DNA of 64,000 bases, taken from Octopus sinensis. Lineage: Eukaryota. Below are positions 11,059-24,986 of this stretch, in pieces. How positions within the stretch are numbered: position 1 is the first letter of the stretch; each line of letters opens with the position of its first letter. The DNA lies in contig NC_043005.1 of the NCBI RefSeq assembly GCF_006345805.1, forward strand, positions 44,578,001-44,642,000, read 5' to 3'. Below the pieces are notes generated by a model. It searched no databases. It saw only the letters and a list, made by a program, of their open reading frames with translations, and had not been told where the DNA came from. A program made the translations under genes and the position numbers.

Positions 11059-12077
11059 CCCCCCTCCCCAAAACCATCATCGCCATACATAAAAGAGCGA
11101 TCGCATTTATCGTTAACCCCACTCACTTCAAAATATCTAAAGAATACGCACAGATCATGAATGGCTAAAAGTTAAGTGAATCGTCCAACCTCGCTATGAC
11201 TACCTTTTTCTTGCACTTATCCTTATTCTTTCTCTATTCTTCAATTTCCATCTCATTGTATGTCCCTCATTCTTTCAGTATTCCCTCATTACCCTGTCTA
11301 GCTCAAACATTTTTTAATTTTTTTTTTTTTTCGTTAGACTTGTCTCCAGTTCATAGCCACTCTTGATTTTTCAATTTTTCGTTTAGTATTGTCTCCCGAT
11401 TCATACAAACCCATTTGCTAGCTCACGATTAACAGAACCTCTTTACTCAGCTACGGTGTTATATTAGCTATCAATATGATATTCCCTCTGATTTTTCTGA
11501 TTTTCAACCTATTTATCTAATGTTTATTTATCGACAATGCCGTCCCCAGTCAAATTCCCTCACACCGCTTATTGTCACGTGTCCCTTGACCTCTCTCTCT
11601 AACTAACCCTATCTCTCTCTCGCTATGTCCCCCCTTCCCATAACCATCATCGCCATGGTCCTCTATGCCCCCCCCTCCCCAAAACCATCATCGCCATACA
11701 TAAAAGAGCGATCGCATTTATCGTTAACCCCACTCGCTTCAAAATATCTAAAGAATACGCACAGATCATGAATGGCTAAAAGTTAAGTGAATCGTCCAAC
11801 CTCGCTACGACTACCTTCTTTCTTGCACTTATCCTTATTCTTTCTCTATTCTTCAATTTCCATCTCATTGTATTGTCCCTCATTCTTTCAGTATTCCCTC
11901 ATTACCCTGTCTAGCTCAAACGTTTTTTTTAATTTTTTTATTTTTTCGTTTAGACTTGTCTCCAGGTTCATAGCCACTCTGATTTTTCAATTTTTCAATT
12001 TTTCGTTTAGTATTGTCTCCCGATTCATACAAACCCATTTGCTAGCTCACGATTATCAGAACCTCTTTACTCAGCTA
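11059..12077. repeat. Direct repeat with A-B-A layout (A ~400 bp, B ~214 bp), unclassified
   Basis: 11059-11453 matches 11668-12077; copy 1 carries many 1-bp deletions. CpG-rich relative to the flanks. Confidence 0.8.
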
Positions 12078-14366
12078 GGAGGACAACCAGAAGACGACAA
12101 ATATGGAGAAGAAGGATCTGGAAGCTTAAAGATCCTGCAAATGGACAGAGATTTAGGGACATATTACTTGAAGCCTCTGACGAAGTAGAAGGGGATAGAG
12201 CATCACAGGGGGTAGAAGACAGCTGGACGGTCTAAGGGACAACCTGCTGAGAGCCACTGACCAGATCTGTGGCTGGTGCAAAGTCCCCTCTCGACCTAGA
12301 ATAACGTGGTGGTGGAACAATATTGTAGACAGGGCTATTAGAGGAAAAGAGACAGGCTTGGAAGGTCTGGAAAAATGGGGGTAGCAGGGAATTGTATCAG
12401 ACTGCCAAAAGAGAAGCTAGGAGACAGGTTTATTTAGCCAGAGGGGAAGCAGATAAGAAAAAATTTGCCAATGTTCTGCGCCGTGAGGACCAAAGACTGG
12501 AGGTGTTTCGTGTTGCAAGACAGTGTTGAGAGAGAATCGTGATGTGGTAGGAGAGAAGTGTGTTCGCATGGAAGATGGTTCACTTGCGCTAATGATGAGG
12601 ATGCAAAGAGAGAGGTTTGGAGATGCCACTATGAAAGGTTGCTGAATGAAGAAAATGAATGGGATAAAGAGAGTCTGCCGAATGTTGACCCAACAGAGGG
12701 ACCAGCTATCCGAGTGATAGTTCTGTGGTAGCTAAGGCAATTAGAAGCATGAAGACAGGGAAAGCCCCAGGCCCATCAGGAATCACTGCAGAGATGCTCA
12801 AAATCTGGTAGTGTCGGCTATAGCCTAGTCACCCATATAGTTAATCAGGTGATACACAAAGGGGTCATACCCAATGACTGGTGTAGCAGTATAATAGTCA
12901 ACTGCTACAAAGGTAAAGGTGATGCCCTAGATACAAATAACTACAGAGGTATCAAGCTGTTGGACCAGGTGATGAAGGTTACGGAGAGGGTCATAGCCCA
13001 ACTAATTAGAGAGAGAGTTAGTTTAGATGAGATGCAGTTTGGGTTTGTGCCAGGGAAAAGTACTACTGATGCTATATTCCTGGTAAGGCAGCTGCAGGAG
13101 AAATACCTAGCCAAAGATAAGCCCCTGTACCTGGCTTTTGTTGACATGGAGAAAGCCTTCGACAGGGTCCCCCGATCCCTTATCTGGTGGGCAATGAGAA
13201 AACTAGGGATAGATGAATGGTTAGTGAGAGCTGTGCGGGCCATGTATAGGGACGCCGCTAGTAGGGTGAGGGTTGGAAATGAGTACAGTGAAGAATTCGG
13301 GTAGAGGTAGGGGTCCACCAAGGCTCAGTACTCAGCCCCCTCCTATTTATCATAGTCCTCCAGGCAATAACGGAGGAATTCAAGACAGGATGCCCTTGGG
13401 AGCTCCTCTATGCTGATGACCTTGCTCTAATTGCTGAGTCGCTATCAGGAACTGGAGGAGAAGTTTCAGGTGTGGAAACAAGGATTAGAATCGAAGGGCC
13501 TCAGAGTCAATCTAGCTAAAACCAAAGTCGTAATCAGTAGGAAGGTAGACAAATCACAAACACCTTCAGGTAGATGGCCCTGCTCGATCTGTAGAAAAGG
13601 TGTAGGTAGAAACTCTATAAGATGCACCAAGTGTAAGCTATGGACACATAAGAGATGCAGCAATGTCAAAGGAAGGCTAACTAGGAAGATGGTTTTTGTA
13701 TGTGGCAGATGCTCAGGAACAATAAACACTGAAAATGCTCTGAGACCAACTTCCGTCACTTTCCAGGGAGAAAAACTAGAAATAGTTGATAGTTTCCGTT
13801 ACCTAGGTGACCAAGTCAGCAGCGGGGGCGGGTGTGCTGAAAGTGTAACTGCTAGAGTAAGAATAGCTTGGGCAAAGTTCAGAGAGCTCTTACCTCTGCT
13901 GGTGACAAAAGGCCTCTCGCACAGAGTGAAAGGCAGACTGTATGATGCGTGTGTACGAACAGCCATGCTACATGGCAGTGAAAAATGGGCCGTGACTGCT
14001 GAGGATATGCGTAAGCTCGCTAGAAATGAAGCCAGTATGCTCCGATGGATGTGTAATGCCGGTACTCACACTCGGCAGAGTGTAAGTACCTTGAGAGAAA
14101 AGCTGGACCTAAGAAGCATCAGTTGTGGTGTGCAAGAGAGACGTTTGCGCTGGTATGGTCATGTGGCGAGAATGGATGAAGATAGTTGTGTGAAAAAGTG
14201 CCACACCCTAGCGGTTGAGGGAACCTGTGGAAGAGGCAGACCCAGGAAAACCTGGGACGAGGTGGTGAAGCACGACCTTCGAACTTTAGGTCTCACTGAG
14301 GAAATGACTAGAGACCGAGACCTCTGGAAGTGTGCTGTGCGCGAGAAGATCCGGCAGGACAAGTGA
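12077..14366 (+). pseudogene. RTE reverse transcriptase ORF with a PHD-like Cys/His insertion, broken by single-base frameshifts
   Basis: ORF pieces 12849-13304 and 13431-14366. Motifs KAPGPSG, NYRGIKLL, QFGF, FVDMEKAFDRVP, GVHQGSVLSP, LLYADDL, CSICRKGVGRNSIRCTKCKLWTHKRC, FRYLG, RLRWYGHV and RGRPRKTW. Confidence 0.93.
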
Positions 14367-14966
14367 GTCCACAACCCGTGGCCTTCTACATGGGATGGAG
14401 CCAGCCTACGTATGCATACCTTCCCTTCTTGGGACACAAAACTCTACTTGTGAAGACGTGTTGAGGCAAGTGAGGATCAGAATCAAAATCGATCAATGGA
14501 AATTGCGGATGTGCTACCAGTGCCGGTGGCATGTCGAAACTCTGCTTGTGAAGACCCATTGAGGCAAGTGAGGATCAGAATCGAAATCGATCAATGGAAA
14601 TGCAGATGTGTTACCAGTGCCGGTGGCATGTAAGAGAACTTTCCGTTTCGCGACCGTTGCCAGCACCGCCCCGTTTTGTGTCCGTTGCCAGCCTCGCCTG
14701 GCCCTCGTGCCGGTGGCACATAAAAAGCACCATCCGTTCGTGGCCGTTTGCCAGCTCTGTCTGGCACCAGTGCGGGTGGCACGTAAAAAGCACCCACTAC
14801 ACTCACGGAGTGGTTGGCGTTAGGAAGGGCATCCAGCCGTAGAAACACTGCCAGATTTGACTGGGCCTGATGAAGCCTTCTGGCTTCACAGACCCCAGTA
14901 GAACCGTCCAACCCATGCTAGCATGGAAAACGGACGCTAAATGATGATGATGATATGATGATGATG
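12077..14966 (+). mobile_element. RTE-clade LINE, young, 5'-truncated (no APE domain visible)
   Basis: RT motifs, 3' UTR with internal repeats, GGCGTTAGGAAGGGCATCCAGCCGTAGAAA and a (TGA)n tail. Confidence 0.95.
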
Positions 14967-16468
14967 TACATTGAAAACGTTTACTAGTCACTTTTCTTTA
15001 TTTTTTTAAAACTGAATCCTAAAATAATATGAAGCATATAATGCAGAACATTCTGGGAATAACAATATTAGAAGAAAATTTCATCTCTTGGGAAATAAAC
15101 AAAAACTTTACCAAAATATTTTGTTTCATGTTGAAACTTTTTTAAAACTACAAATTTATAATCAATATTTAGTTTATAGACTAGTCTTGTTGATACTAAA
15201 GAAAAGCAGACATTCAATGAATAATGATGATAATGATGATGATGAGGCTGAAGATGATGTTGGTGATGATGGCAATGGTTCCCATCTCCTATATTAACGA
15301 TGTCATCATCATCCTCATTACCACCACCATGACCTCGTTTATTTTTTTGTTCACTAAAAACGAATTTTTTTATTTAAGCTTTTTTTCATGTTTATCCAAA
15401 CTTTTGATAAAATTTATTTTTCTTAATGAATCCCCCAATGTGATGATCAAACTAATTAGTGTCCTCATTCAATATTTTTCATACTTTTCACCTTAATTAT
15501 ACTTTGGGGATTTAAAATTGTTTAATAGATCTTTTGCATTAAAAAAACCTCTCCAATTATACCCTTTTTATATTTACTGATGAAGTGTTTATGTATTTAC
15601 AGTTAACCACAGAAAATGTTTTCCAGTCATTAATACATCATTCATTATATGCATTTTATTTCAACTAGTTAAGTAGTGTCACTAAAAGACAGATTGCAGG
15701 AAATGTCTAATTAAAAAAGTCACAATAAAATTTAAATTATAATTAGTTGTTTGTGAAACAAATTCTTATACAGTTTTTATTCAATGGTTAAACAAAATAA
15801 AAAGAAAGTTTTGTAAAAATGTAATTTTACCAACAAAATTAAATGCCTAACTGTTAATGTTTTGTTTGAAGACTGTACACTGGTATCTAGGAAATGGAAA
15901 GTATCAAAATTCATCATAACAATGCTCTACTTTATAAAATTATTCTTTAGATGTTTGAAGAATTGTCAATTATTTTAGCTAATTTTTAAAAAAATTTCAA
16001 AAAGTATTTTACATAAACTAAATCAACTTATGAGTAAAATCCTAATAATTGGACCAGAATTGAACCTGCTAACTACTATGTTTGATTTCTTTTAAAAAAC
16101 AAGACAAAAAAAAAAAGACAGGAAAATGAAAAGAAATCAAAGTTGCTAAATCTCATGCCACCAACAGAAATTGGCTAAGGATACAAAATCATGGAATTAA
16201 ATGGTGCAGAATGGAGTTCTCAATGAAGCTCCACCATTCACTGGATCAAGTTTTAATCTCTAACAATACTACAGTATTTATAGATTTTTTTTTTCTTATA
16301 TTGCTTATCTTGAAGTTTCCCTACCAAAAAGTAATACATATAAAATAAAGGCATTGAGGAAATATTACCAAACGATTGTTGAATTAGTCTATAGTTTCAG
16401 TATTATTATTTTATATTTTTTATTTGTTTATATATATACATATACATAATACATACATATATATATAG

Positions 16469-16513
<45 letters not shown>

Positions 16514-17656
16514 ATATTTATACATTTATTTTATTTTATGTTTATAGCAGCAATCACCTCTTGCTATGATAACCTAATTCCAGGTCAAGATCTATGCTCT
16601 TTAAACTCTGAGAATGAAACATTATAGAATAAAAAAGGATATAAATATCTGTGTGTGTGTGTGTGATGTAGGCTGCAACAAAATTCTGCATTTAGAAATT
16701 CCTTCTGATAATCTTATCGTTTCAAATCACCTATTAGATTTTTCCATTATAAGGCATTTTTATGCCTATTTACCATATTGATGCCAAGAAAATAGAGAGG
16801 TGCATAAACTTGTTTCTTTCATATTTTTTTCACCCAAACACACTAAAGTTATTTTATTGTTATCTTTTATTACTGTTTCTATGGTATGAATCACCTGGGG
16901 GGTTTTAGATGAATATAAATATAAAATAGCTGCCAAATTATATGAAATAAAAAAATGCTACATACTGAATCAGCTTTTTGGGAAAATATTCTGGAGCATA
17001 ACTTTTCAGCAATGTATCATTCAATTCACATTAAATAACAGAAATAAAACAGCTCAGAGCATATGTTCAGGTTTTAAGCTGTCTATATCTCTAAATTATT
17101 TCTTACTCTTTTTAGATATTTCTATTGGAAACGTTTTTTTTTTCCTTTCAGAAAAAAATGTATAGACTCTACTCAGAATATTCTTAAAAATTATCAAGTA
17201 TTTGTTAAATCAAGCTTACTACAGATCTTTAGGCTATCAATACCTTTCATTACAGACATGTTAGAACTTAAATAGTGAGATAAACGCTATTGAAGCTAAA
17301 AACTGATTCAGAGTGAAGTGTTCTTTATTTCATATAATTTGGCTGCTGTTTAAACAAATATTTGTTGTTGATGAAAAACACAATAGGTAATGATTGCACC
17401 ACTGAAATGATCAATGTTGATTTAAATTGCATGATATTTTCATGAATAGAATCTTAACTGGTTTTTTCAGTCATCATGTAAATTGAAAATTCTTTTTATT
17501 TATCATTCATTCTCTTTGACCAGTTAAAATTTTTTTTTTCTTGCATAGTTGCTCATACTGGCAAAAAAATCAGATTTTTTGAAATGGTATGTATAGGAAA
17601 TTCTAACATTCATGTTTATCCAAAGAGATATATATATGTGTGTGTATATATGTATG

Positions 17657-17741
<85 letters not shown>

Positions 17742-17764
17742 ATGTATGTATATATATATATATT

Positions 17765-17806
<42 letters not shown>

Positions 17807-18967
17807 TATATATAGACATCCCCTCTCTTCACATTATGGAAAATTCAGTTGTGGAATTCTATACTTAAGGAAATTGTAAGGCACAACTACTAATTTCGGT
17901 ATATAGGCTGTTATTTTGCCCTTATAGATACCTGGGGAAACTTTAATTTTACAAGCTAAAATCATGATACATATATATATGAATAAACATATTCTTTGCT
18001 ATAGAAATAATATATATTTGGTGTGATCTTTCAGTAAGCTAGCCATTCCTCTTGTCATTTCTCTGCCTCCATATTCTGTGAACATTTATGTAATGAAGAA
18101 GAATTAATAATTACAGCTGAAATCTCCCAAATGCTCAGTGAAAATATGAAGGGAATGAAGAGGGGGAAAAATCATAGAAAAAGAAGACTCAACATAAAAC
18201 TGGGAAGGAACAATTTCATTCAAACCACAGGACATCCTCAAGAAAATAGTGAAGAAAATGAAAAGAACAAAGATGAACTAAGATTCAACATTCTTCAAAA
18301 TTCAACTGAACAATTAATTGACAAAATTAAAGCATTTTTGGTGCTATAGGTTCTTTAAAGAAATTAAAATGGCACAAATACAGTTGGTTCAGAATAGCTG
18401 ATACTCTATTAGTTATGATGATGAGTGTTCCAGTTGATCCAACGAACTGAATAGCTTGCTTGTACAGACACATGTACCCTTAATGTAGATCTTAGGGAGA
18501 TTCATCATGACACACTAAATGTGACAAGGCTGGCTCATTGAAAATTTCAGGCACAACTGATTTTTTGCCAGCTGAGTGGACTGGAGCAATGTGAAATAAA
18601 GTGTCTTGCTTAAGGACACAATGTGCCACAAGGAATCGAACTCTCAATATTACAATGGTGAGCTGAATACCTTAACCATGATGCCATGTGCCTTAGCAAT
18701 ATTCAGAATAGGAGAGCGTACAACAGATGAATTATTCTTAAATTCTCTTATTTCTTTTCATTCATTTTGACTGCGGCCATGTAGGAACACTACCCTAAAG
18801 GGTTTTTAGTTGAAGAAATCAGCCCCAGGACTTATTCTTTGTAAGCCTAATACTTATTCTATTGATCACATTTGCTGAACCACTAAGTTATGGGGACATA
18901 AACACACCAGCATTGGTTGTCGAGTGATGGCAGGGGAACAAACACAGACAGACAGACACACACACAC

Positions 18968-19016
<49 letters not shown>

Positions 19017-19179
19017 CGACAGGGTTCTTCCAGTTTCTGTCTACCAAATCTGTTGGAGCGATTGCAGAGAAATGTGTTTTGCTCAAGAATATAACACACC
19101 ACCTGGTCTGGGAATTGAAATCATTGTCGCTAGATCATGAGGGCAACACCCTAACCACTAAACCATACGCCCTAATAAT

Positions 19180-19405
19180 AACAACAATCTTTTCCACCAA
19201 AGGCACAAGGTCCAAAATTTTGGGGGCAGGGGCTAGTCAATTGCATCAATCCCAGTACACAAATGGTGCTTATTTCACTGATCCCGAAAGGATGAAAGAC
19301 AAAGTTGACCTCAGCAGAATTTTGAACTCAGAACTCAAAGATAGGCAAAATACTGCCAAGTATTTTGTCAGGCATGCTAATGATTCTGCCCGCTTGCCAC
19401 CTTGC
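19180..19405 (-). mobile_element. Meta-like SINE
   Basis: Family core and tRNA-like head. Confidence 0.75.
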
Positions 19406-19428
19406 TAATAATAATATTAATAATAATG

Positions 19429-19465
<37 letters not shown>

Positions 19466-19469
19466 TAAT

Positions 19470-19735
19470 CAACCACATAATCTCTTGATGCAGCAGACTG
19501 GCCCCTACAGAATGCTTGCAAAGGTATGACGGGGCAGTTCAGTACATAGAGTGATCGATATACTTCTCATACAACTTTGTTCAATAAAACAATTGGTGGA
19601 AACACAAACCACCCCAAGTTACCAGAATGCTGAGGTTACCATCCTTTGAAACTAATTGAGAAATACAAGTAAACCAACTTGATCTCGCTGTGAAAAATCC
19701 TATTGGAAAGACTTATCTTCTGATGGATGTTCATA
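19470..19735 (+). mobile_element. R4/Dong-like LINE fragment (zinc-knuckle/RLE region)
   Basis: NHIIS*CSRLAPTE remnant directly downstream of an (AAT)n tract. Confidence 0.55.
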
Positions 19736-19736
19736 A

Positions 19737-19968
19737 GGCGGCGAGCTGGCAGAATCGTTAGCATGCTGGGCTAAATGCGTAGCCGTATTTCGTCTGCTGT
19801 TACGTTCTGAGTTCAAATTCTGCCAAGGTCGACTTTGCCTTTCATCCTTTCGGGGTCGATTAAATAAGTACCAGTTACGCACTAGGGTCGATATAATCGA
19901 CTTAATCCATTTGTCTGTCCTTGTATGTCCCCTCTGTGTTTAGCCCCTTGTGGGTAGTAAAGAAATAG
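19737..19968 (+). mobile_element. Meta-like SINE with 12-bp TSD
   Basis: TSD GGATGTTCATAA at 19725-19736 and 19969-19980. Confidence 0.88.
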
Positions 19969-20320
19969 GGATGTTCATAATGTCAACCAATTTAAAGAGT
20001 GTACTGGATGCTTTAATGCAGCACTGGTACAGATGCTTTCTCTCATGACCCCACAAGATTAGGGATGCTCAGCTGGAGAGGTTTACAGGGTATGAGACTG
20101 TATGCAAGGGCAACCACGCTTTTACTTAGCTTGATGTGTCTTTTCATGCACAGCAAACTGCCATAAATTCCTTTCCATGTAAAATGCAAAGGAATTCACT
20201 CTGCTTTTTCCTCTCCCACGACATCAGTCTCTGAAAATGTTTGCAAAACTGAACAAGTATAAAGACCTGGAAATTGAACTCAGAAAAATGTGGCATCTCA
20301 AAACAACAACATTACTCTTT

Positions 20321-20805
20321 ATTATTGGGGCACTTGGAAGGCGGCGAGCTGGCAGAATCGTTAGCATGCCAGGCAAAATGCTTACTGACATTTCGTCTGT
20401 CCTTACGTTCTGAGTTCAAATCTTGCTGAGGTCGACTTTGCCTTTCATCCTTTCGGGGTCAGTAAGTTAAGTAGCAGTGAAACACTGGGGTCGATGGAAT
20501 CAACTAGTCCCCTCCCCAAAATTTCTGGTCTTGTGCCTTCAGTAGAAAGGATTATTATTGGGGCACTTGGAAGGCGGCGAGCTGGCAGAATCGTTAGCAT
20601 GCCAGGCAAAATGCTTACTGACATTTCGTCTGTCCTTACGTTCTGAGTTCAAATCTTGCTGAGGTCGACTTTGCCTTTCATCCTTTCGGGGTCAGTAAGT
20701 TAAGTAGCAGTGAAACACTGGGGTCGATGGAATCAACTAGTCCCCTCCCCAAAATTTCTGGTCTTGTGCCTTCAGTAGAAAGGATTATTATTGGGGCACT
20801 TGGAA
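20321..20805 (+). mobile_element. Two identical tandem Meta-like SINE copies (233-bp period)
   Basis: ATTATTGGGGCACTTGGAA at 20321, 20554 and 20787 brackets two identical units. Confidence 0.88.
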
Positions 20806-21650
20806 TGTATGAAGGAGCAAACAAGCATGCAGACCAAATCCCTGGCAGCCCCAAAATAAGTGAATTATGAAAAATCATACTTGTGGGTACCTCACATCCT
20901 CCTCTTCCTCATCATCATCATCAAACATCTGTTTTCCATGTTGACATGGGTTGAATAGTTTGACAGGAGCTGACCAGCTGAACGGCTATTCAGGCTCCAT
21001 GTCTGGTTTCATGGTTGGATGTCCTTCATAATGCCAACCACTTTACAGAGTGTACTAGGTGCTTTTATGCAGCCCTGACACAAGTGCTTTTCTCATGAGC
21101 CCACAAGATTAGGGATGCCCAGCTGGAGAGGTTTACAGGGGATGAGACTGTATGCAAGGGCAATTATGCTTTTACTTAGCTTGACGTGTCTTTTCATGCA
21201 CAGCAAACTGCCATAAATTCCTTTCTATGTAAATGCAACCTTATTCCCTCTGTGCTTTTTCCTCAGTGTTTTCATTTGTATGATGCCTCACCTGTTAACA
21301 TCAGACAGACAGAAGAACTGGTCTCAGTATTTGCAGAGAAAGATGAAAAGCAAGTTGCGTGTGGCAGAATTTGAATTCTGAAAACAAATACCACAAGGCA
21401 TTACATCCAAGGTTCTAACAACTCTGTTATTTAATTTTATTAAAGAATAAGACTAATCATTATGAATTTGATGCAATAAACATTTTTGCAAATTAGTTAC
21501 GTATTAGCTAATCCTTAATACAAATGTATGTAAAATATATAAATAGCACCTGTTTTGACTGCAGCAAGGAGCATAGCATTTTTATTGTCTTCGCCAAATC
21601 ACTCATTGTCTCTTCCTCTTTCTCCCTTACACACACACACACACAAACTC

Positions 21651-22030
21651 TCTGTGTGGTAAGTAGCTTGTTTACGAACCACATGGTTCCGGGTTCAGTC
21701 CCACTGCGTGGCACCTTGGGCAAGTGTCTTCTACTATAGTCTCAGGCCGACCAAAGCCTTGTGAGTGGATTTGGTAGACGGAAACTGAAAGAAGCCCGTC
21801 GTATATATGTATATTATATATGTGTGTTTGTGTTTCTGTGTTTGTCCCCCTAGCATTGCTTGACTACCGATGCTGGTGTGTTTATGTCCCCGTTACTTAG
21901 CAGTTTGGCAAAAGAGACCAATAGAATAAGTACTGGGCTTACAAAAGAATAAGTCCCAGGGTCGAGTTGCTCGATTAAAGGCAGTGCTCCAGCATGGCCG
22001 CAGTCAAATGACTGAAACAAGTAAAAGAGT
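21651..22030 (+). mobile_element. SINE family A
   Basis: Near-consensus copy. Confidence 0.85.
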
Positions 22031-22915
22031 ATGAGAGATGAATGAGAATGGGATCTATCACAGTTAATTATAATTTAGCAGCAAATAATTAATTATAGTA
22101 TATATTATTGTAGAACAGCAGTTTTCCCAAATGATATTTGAATTCATATAATCATTTAAAGTCAGTATGGATATCATGGAAAATCTGTACACTAATCTTG
22201 AGCGCCTACTATTTCAGATGGTGTAGGGGAAAAGGGGACCAGAAATCTGTAAAGTGTATTGAGTCTTATTCCCTGCCATTACTATACTTCTTTATTTCTG
22301 GTCAGGCTGGTGCACCACCTTCATATTGACTTTCATACTTGTTTCAGTTGAGTGCTTGTTTTATTAATCTCTATTTGTCAAATGTCTAAGTAAACTTTTA
22401 ATGTAAATAGTTGCAACTCAGTGCATCACTTTATGCTGGTGTTCAGACACACACACATATGCATGTGCACACATGCATGCACACACACACATATGCATGC
22501 ATGTACACACATGCAAACACATACACACAGTCATGCACACACACATACACACACATGAATGCACACACACACACACACACACACATTCAAATACACACAT
22601 ACACACATGCATGCATATATGCATTTGCTTATTAAATTACAACTGAATCTGTAACTCCTCTTACACGTTTCGCCATCTTTATTCCTTTCTTCTATAATTA
22701 CATACTGATTCTTTTCCAAATTTAGACTGAAATTTTTAATAAATTTCTTTAACTAAAATCATATTTCCTTCTTTCCTATTTTTGCTTATTCTTTCCCTGA
22801 ATTCACACTTATTTACCTTAAATTTGATTTCCTATAACTATTCTCTTATTATTCAGTTTTATCCAGTCTTCCAGTAAAACTTCATGTTCAGAATTTCATT
22901 GGGAATATGAGTTCA

Positions 22916-23155
22916 CATGTGGTGCCCAGTCTCATGTGGTGCCCAGTCTCATGAGGTACCCAGTCTCATGTGGTGCCCTGTCTCATGTGGTACCCAGTTT
23001 CATGTGGAGCCCAGTCTCATGTGGTGCCCAGTATCATGTGGTGCCCAGTCTCATGTGGTGCCCAGTCTCATGTGGTGCCCAATATCATGTGGTAACCAGT
23101 CTCATGTGGTACCCAGTCTCATGTGGTGCCCAGTCTCACGTGGTGCCCAGTCTCA
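22916..23155. repeat. Minisatellite, 17-bp unit CATGTGGTGCCCAGTCT, ~14 copies
   Basis: Direct inspection. Confidence 0.92.
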
Positions 23156-24390
23156 TACAAGTGCATGGCTTAGTTGTTAGGGTGTTGGGCTCATGATTGT
23201 AAGATAATAGTTTCGATTTCTGGACCAGGCAATGCATTGGGTTCTTGAGCAAAACACTTCATACCATGTTGCTCCAGTCTACTCAGCTGGAAAAAATGAG
23301 TAATCTTGTGATGGACTGGCATCCTGTCCAGGTGGGGAATTTATTCACCATGAAACCAGGAAAGTTGCATTTTTGCATTGGTATGCCTCGAGAAGGAGAT
23401 CTTTAGTCTCATGCATACACACTTTGAGATAGTGTAATCTGTAGCAGCCAATCTTGCTTTCCTTTCAACAGTTCTTGTTTTAAGTCCTGTTGATTTCTAG
23501 CAACCCTCCTAGTGGGTGGAGGTGTTGCTAATGACTCCAAAAGTGAACTAATTAATTGGTCAGAACTGGCTTCCCCACTCCCACTCCCTGTGAATACCAC
23601 TGCAAGTACAAATGAGTAGTTCCGGTAAAGCTAAAGCAAAACTTTCCAGGCACAATTACATGCTCTCAGAACATTCGTTTTCAAATTTTGACACAAGGCT
23701 ACCAATTTCAGGTGAAGAGATGAATCAACTGTATTGGCCTCAGAGTTCAATTAGTATTTATTTTATTGACTCCAAAAGAATAAAAGGCAAAAGATGATCC
23801 TGGCAGTATTTGAATTCAGACAGATCGGAAGCTGCTAAGCAGCTTGTCTGGAATAGCAACTCTGCCAGCTTGCTGCCTTTATAGTCTCAGAATATCATCA
23901 GCTATCTCCACAGGTAATTTTCACTCTGTTATTACCTTAGGGCATAACGTAGAGGATAAAGGTGTTGGTTAATGCAGTGCTGTTACCTAGAGGTTCTCAG
24001 TTCAATCCTAAATGAGGCATTAAGGGGAATCACCAGATACCCAAAGAAGGTTAAAGCATGCAACAGTTGAAATATAGTGAAAGCAATAATTGAAATGAGG
24101 ACATAAGTTTGGCTAATATAAACATAAGCCAAATTTAATGTTATTGATAAATGAAAGAAATTCGGTGGGGAGTGGTTTTTGCAACTTCGATAGTGAATAG
24201 TTTGGACTAAAAATGACAAATGCTGACGTGTATGTTGTTAACCTTGTAAAGTTTTCCTGCTTAGTATCACTTTTACTTTTGAAAACTGGTAAAAGCCAGT
24301 TTGGCTCAAAAGGGATGTAAAAATCAGAATAACCCTTTTGAAGTCAACCCGTTCATGACCATCCTAGTTCTATGCTATAAGTTTCCTGCT

Positions 24391-24590
24391 TTAACCCTTT
24401 AGTATTTAAATCAGTCATATCAGACCCAGATATTGCACATGACTTATGTTCAAACTGGCCAGTCATTCTAAAAAATTAACAGTTGCCACATCAAAATCTT
24501 ATTGCTATGAGATAAGGCATGATTAATTCAAGACAATGTGAATAAATAAGCATTACTTTTGACAGAATAATGTGAATGCTAAAAGGCTAA
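24391..24590. mobile_element. piggyBac-like MITE, same family as 44506-44726
   Basis: TTAACCCTTTAGTATT ... AATGCTAAAAGGCTAA with shared internal sequence. Confidence 0.7.
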
Positions 24591-24771
24591 ATTGACTTAA
24601 ACTAAAACCTTACATCAAAGTTTCATGCTAATTTACGTCCTCAACAACAGCTCAATAATAACAAAATTATTTTACCACATTCTTCATTTTATTAAAATTA
24701 ATTGAAACAAAGGCAGGCTGTTTCAAAACGGGTTAAAGCTATTTTAGAACAACTGCTTTGACTCCATCCTT

Positions 24772-24986
24772 TTAACACTTTTGTTACCATATTTCTGTTG
24801 AAACACACATCTTTGTTCCAATTTATTCTAAAAATAGTGTAGAACTTAGTGAAATCACTTTGTCCTTATTAAACTGATATCTGGAATATAAATTAGCGTT
24901 ACATTTTGGTTGAAAGTTTTCATTAACAGGAAGCTTATTTCATAGAATCAGGATGGTTTTGAGCAGGTTGGTTACAAAAGGGTTAA
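24772..24986. mobile_element. TTAA-flanked MITE, second family
   Basis: TTAACACTTTTGTTACCA ... TGGTTACAAAAGGGTTAA. Confidence 0.7.

Noticed and set aside
18131-18349. 72-aa Lys/Glu/Asn-rich ORF
   Set aside because: A-rich composition with no motif and no convincing splice structure.
21651-21720. SINE heads as tRNA genes
   Set aside because: Only A-box and B-box remnants are present, with no full cloverleaf, and they are joined to SINE bodies.
22916-23155. CRISPR-like array
   Set aside because: The units are contiguous with no unique spacers, there are no cas genes, and the context is eukaryotic.
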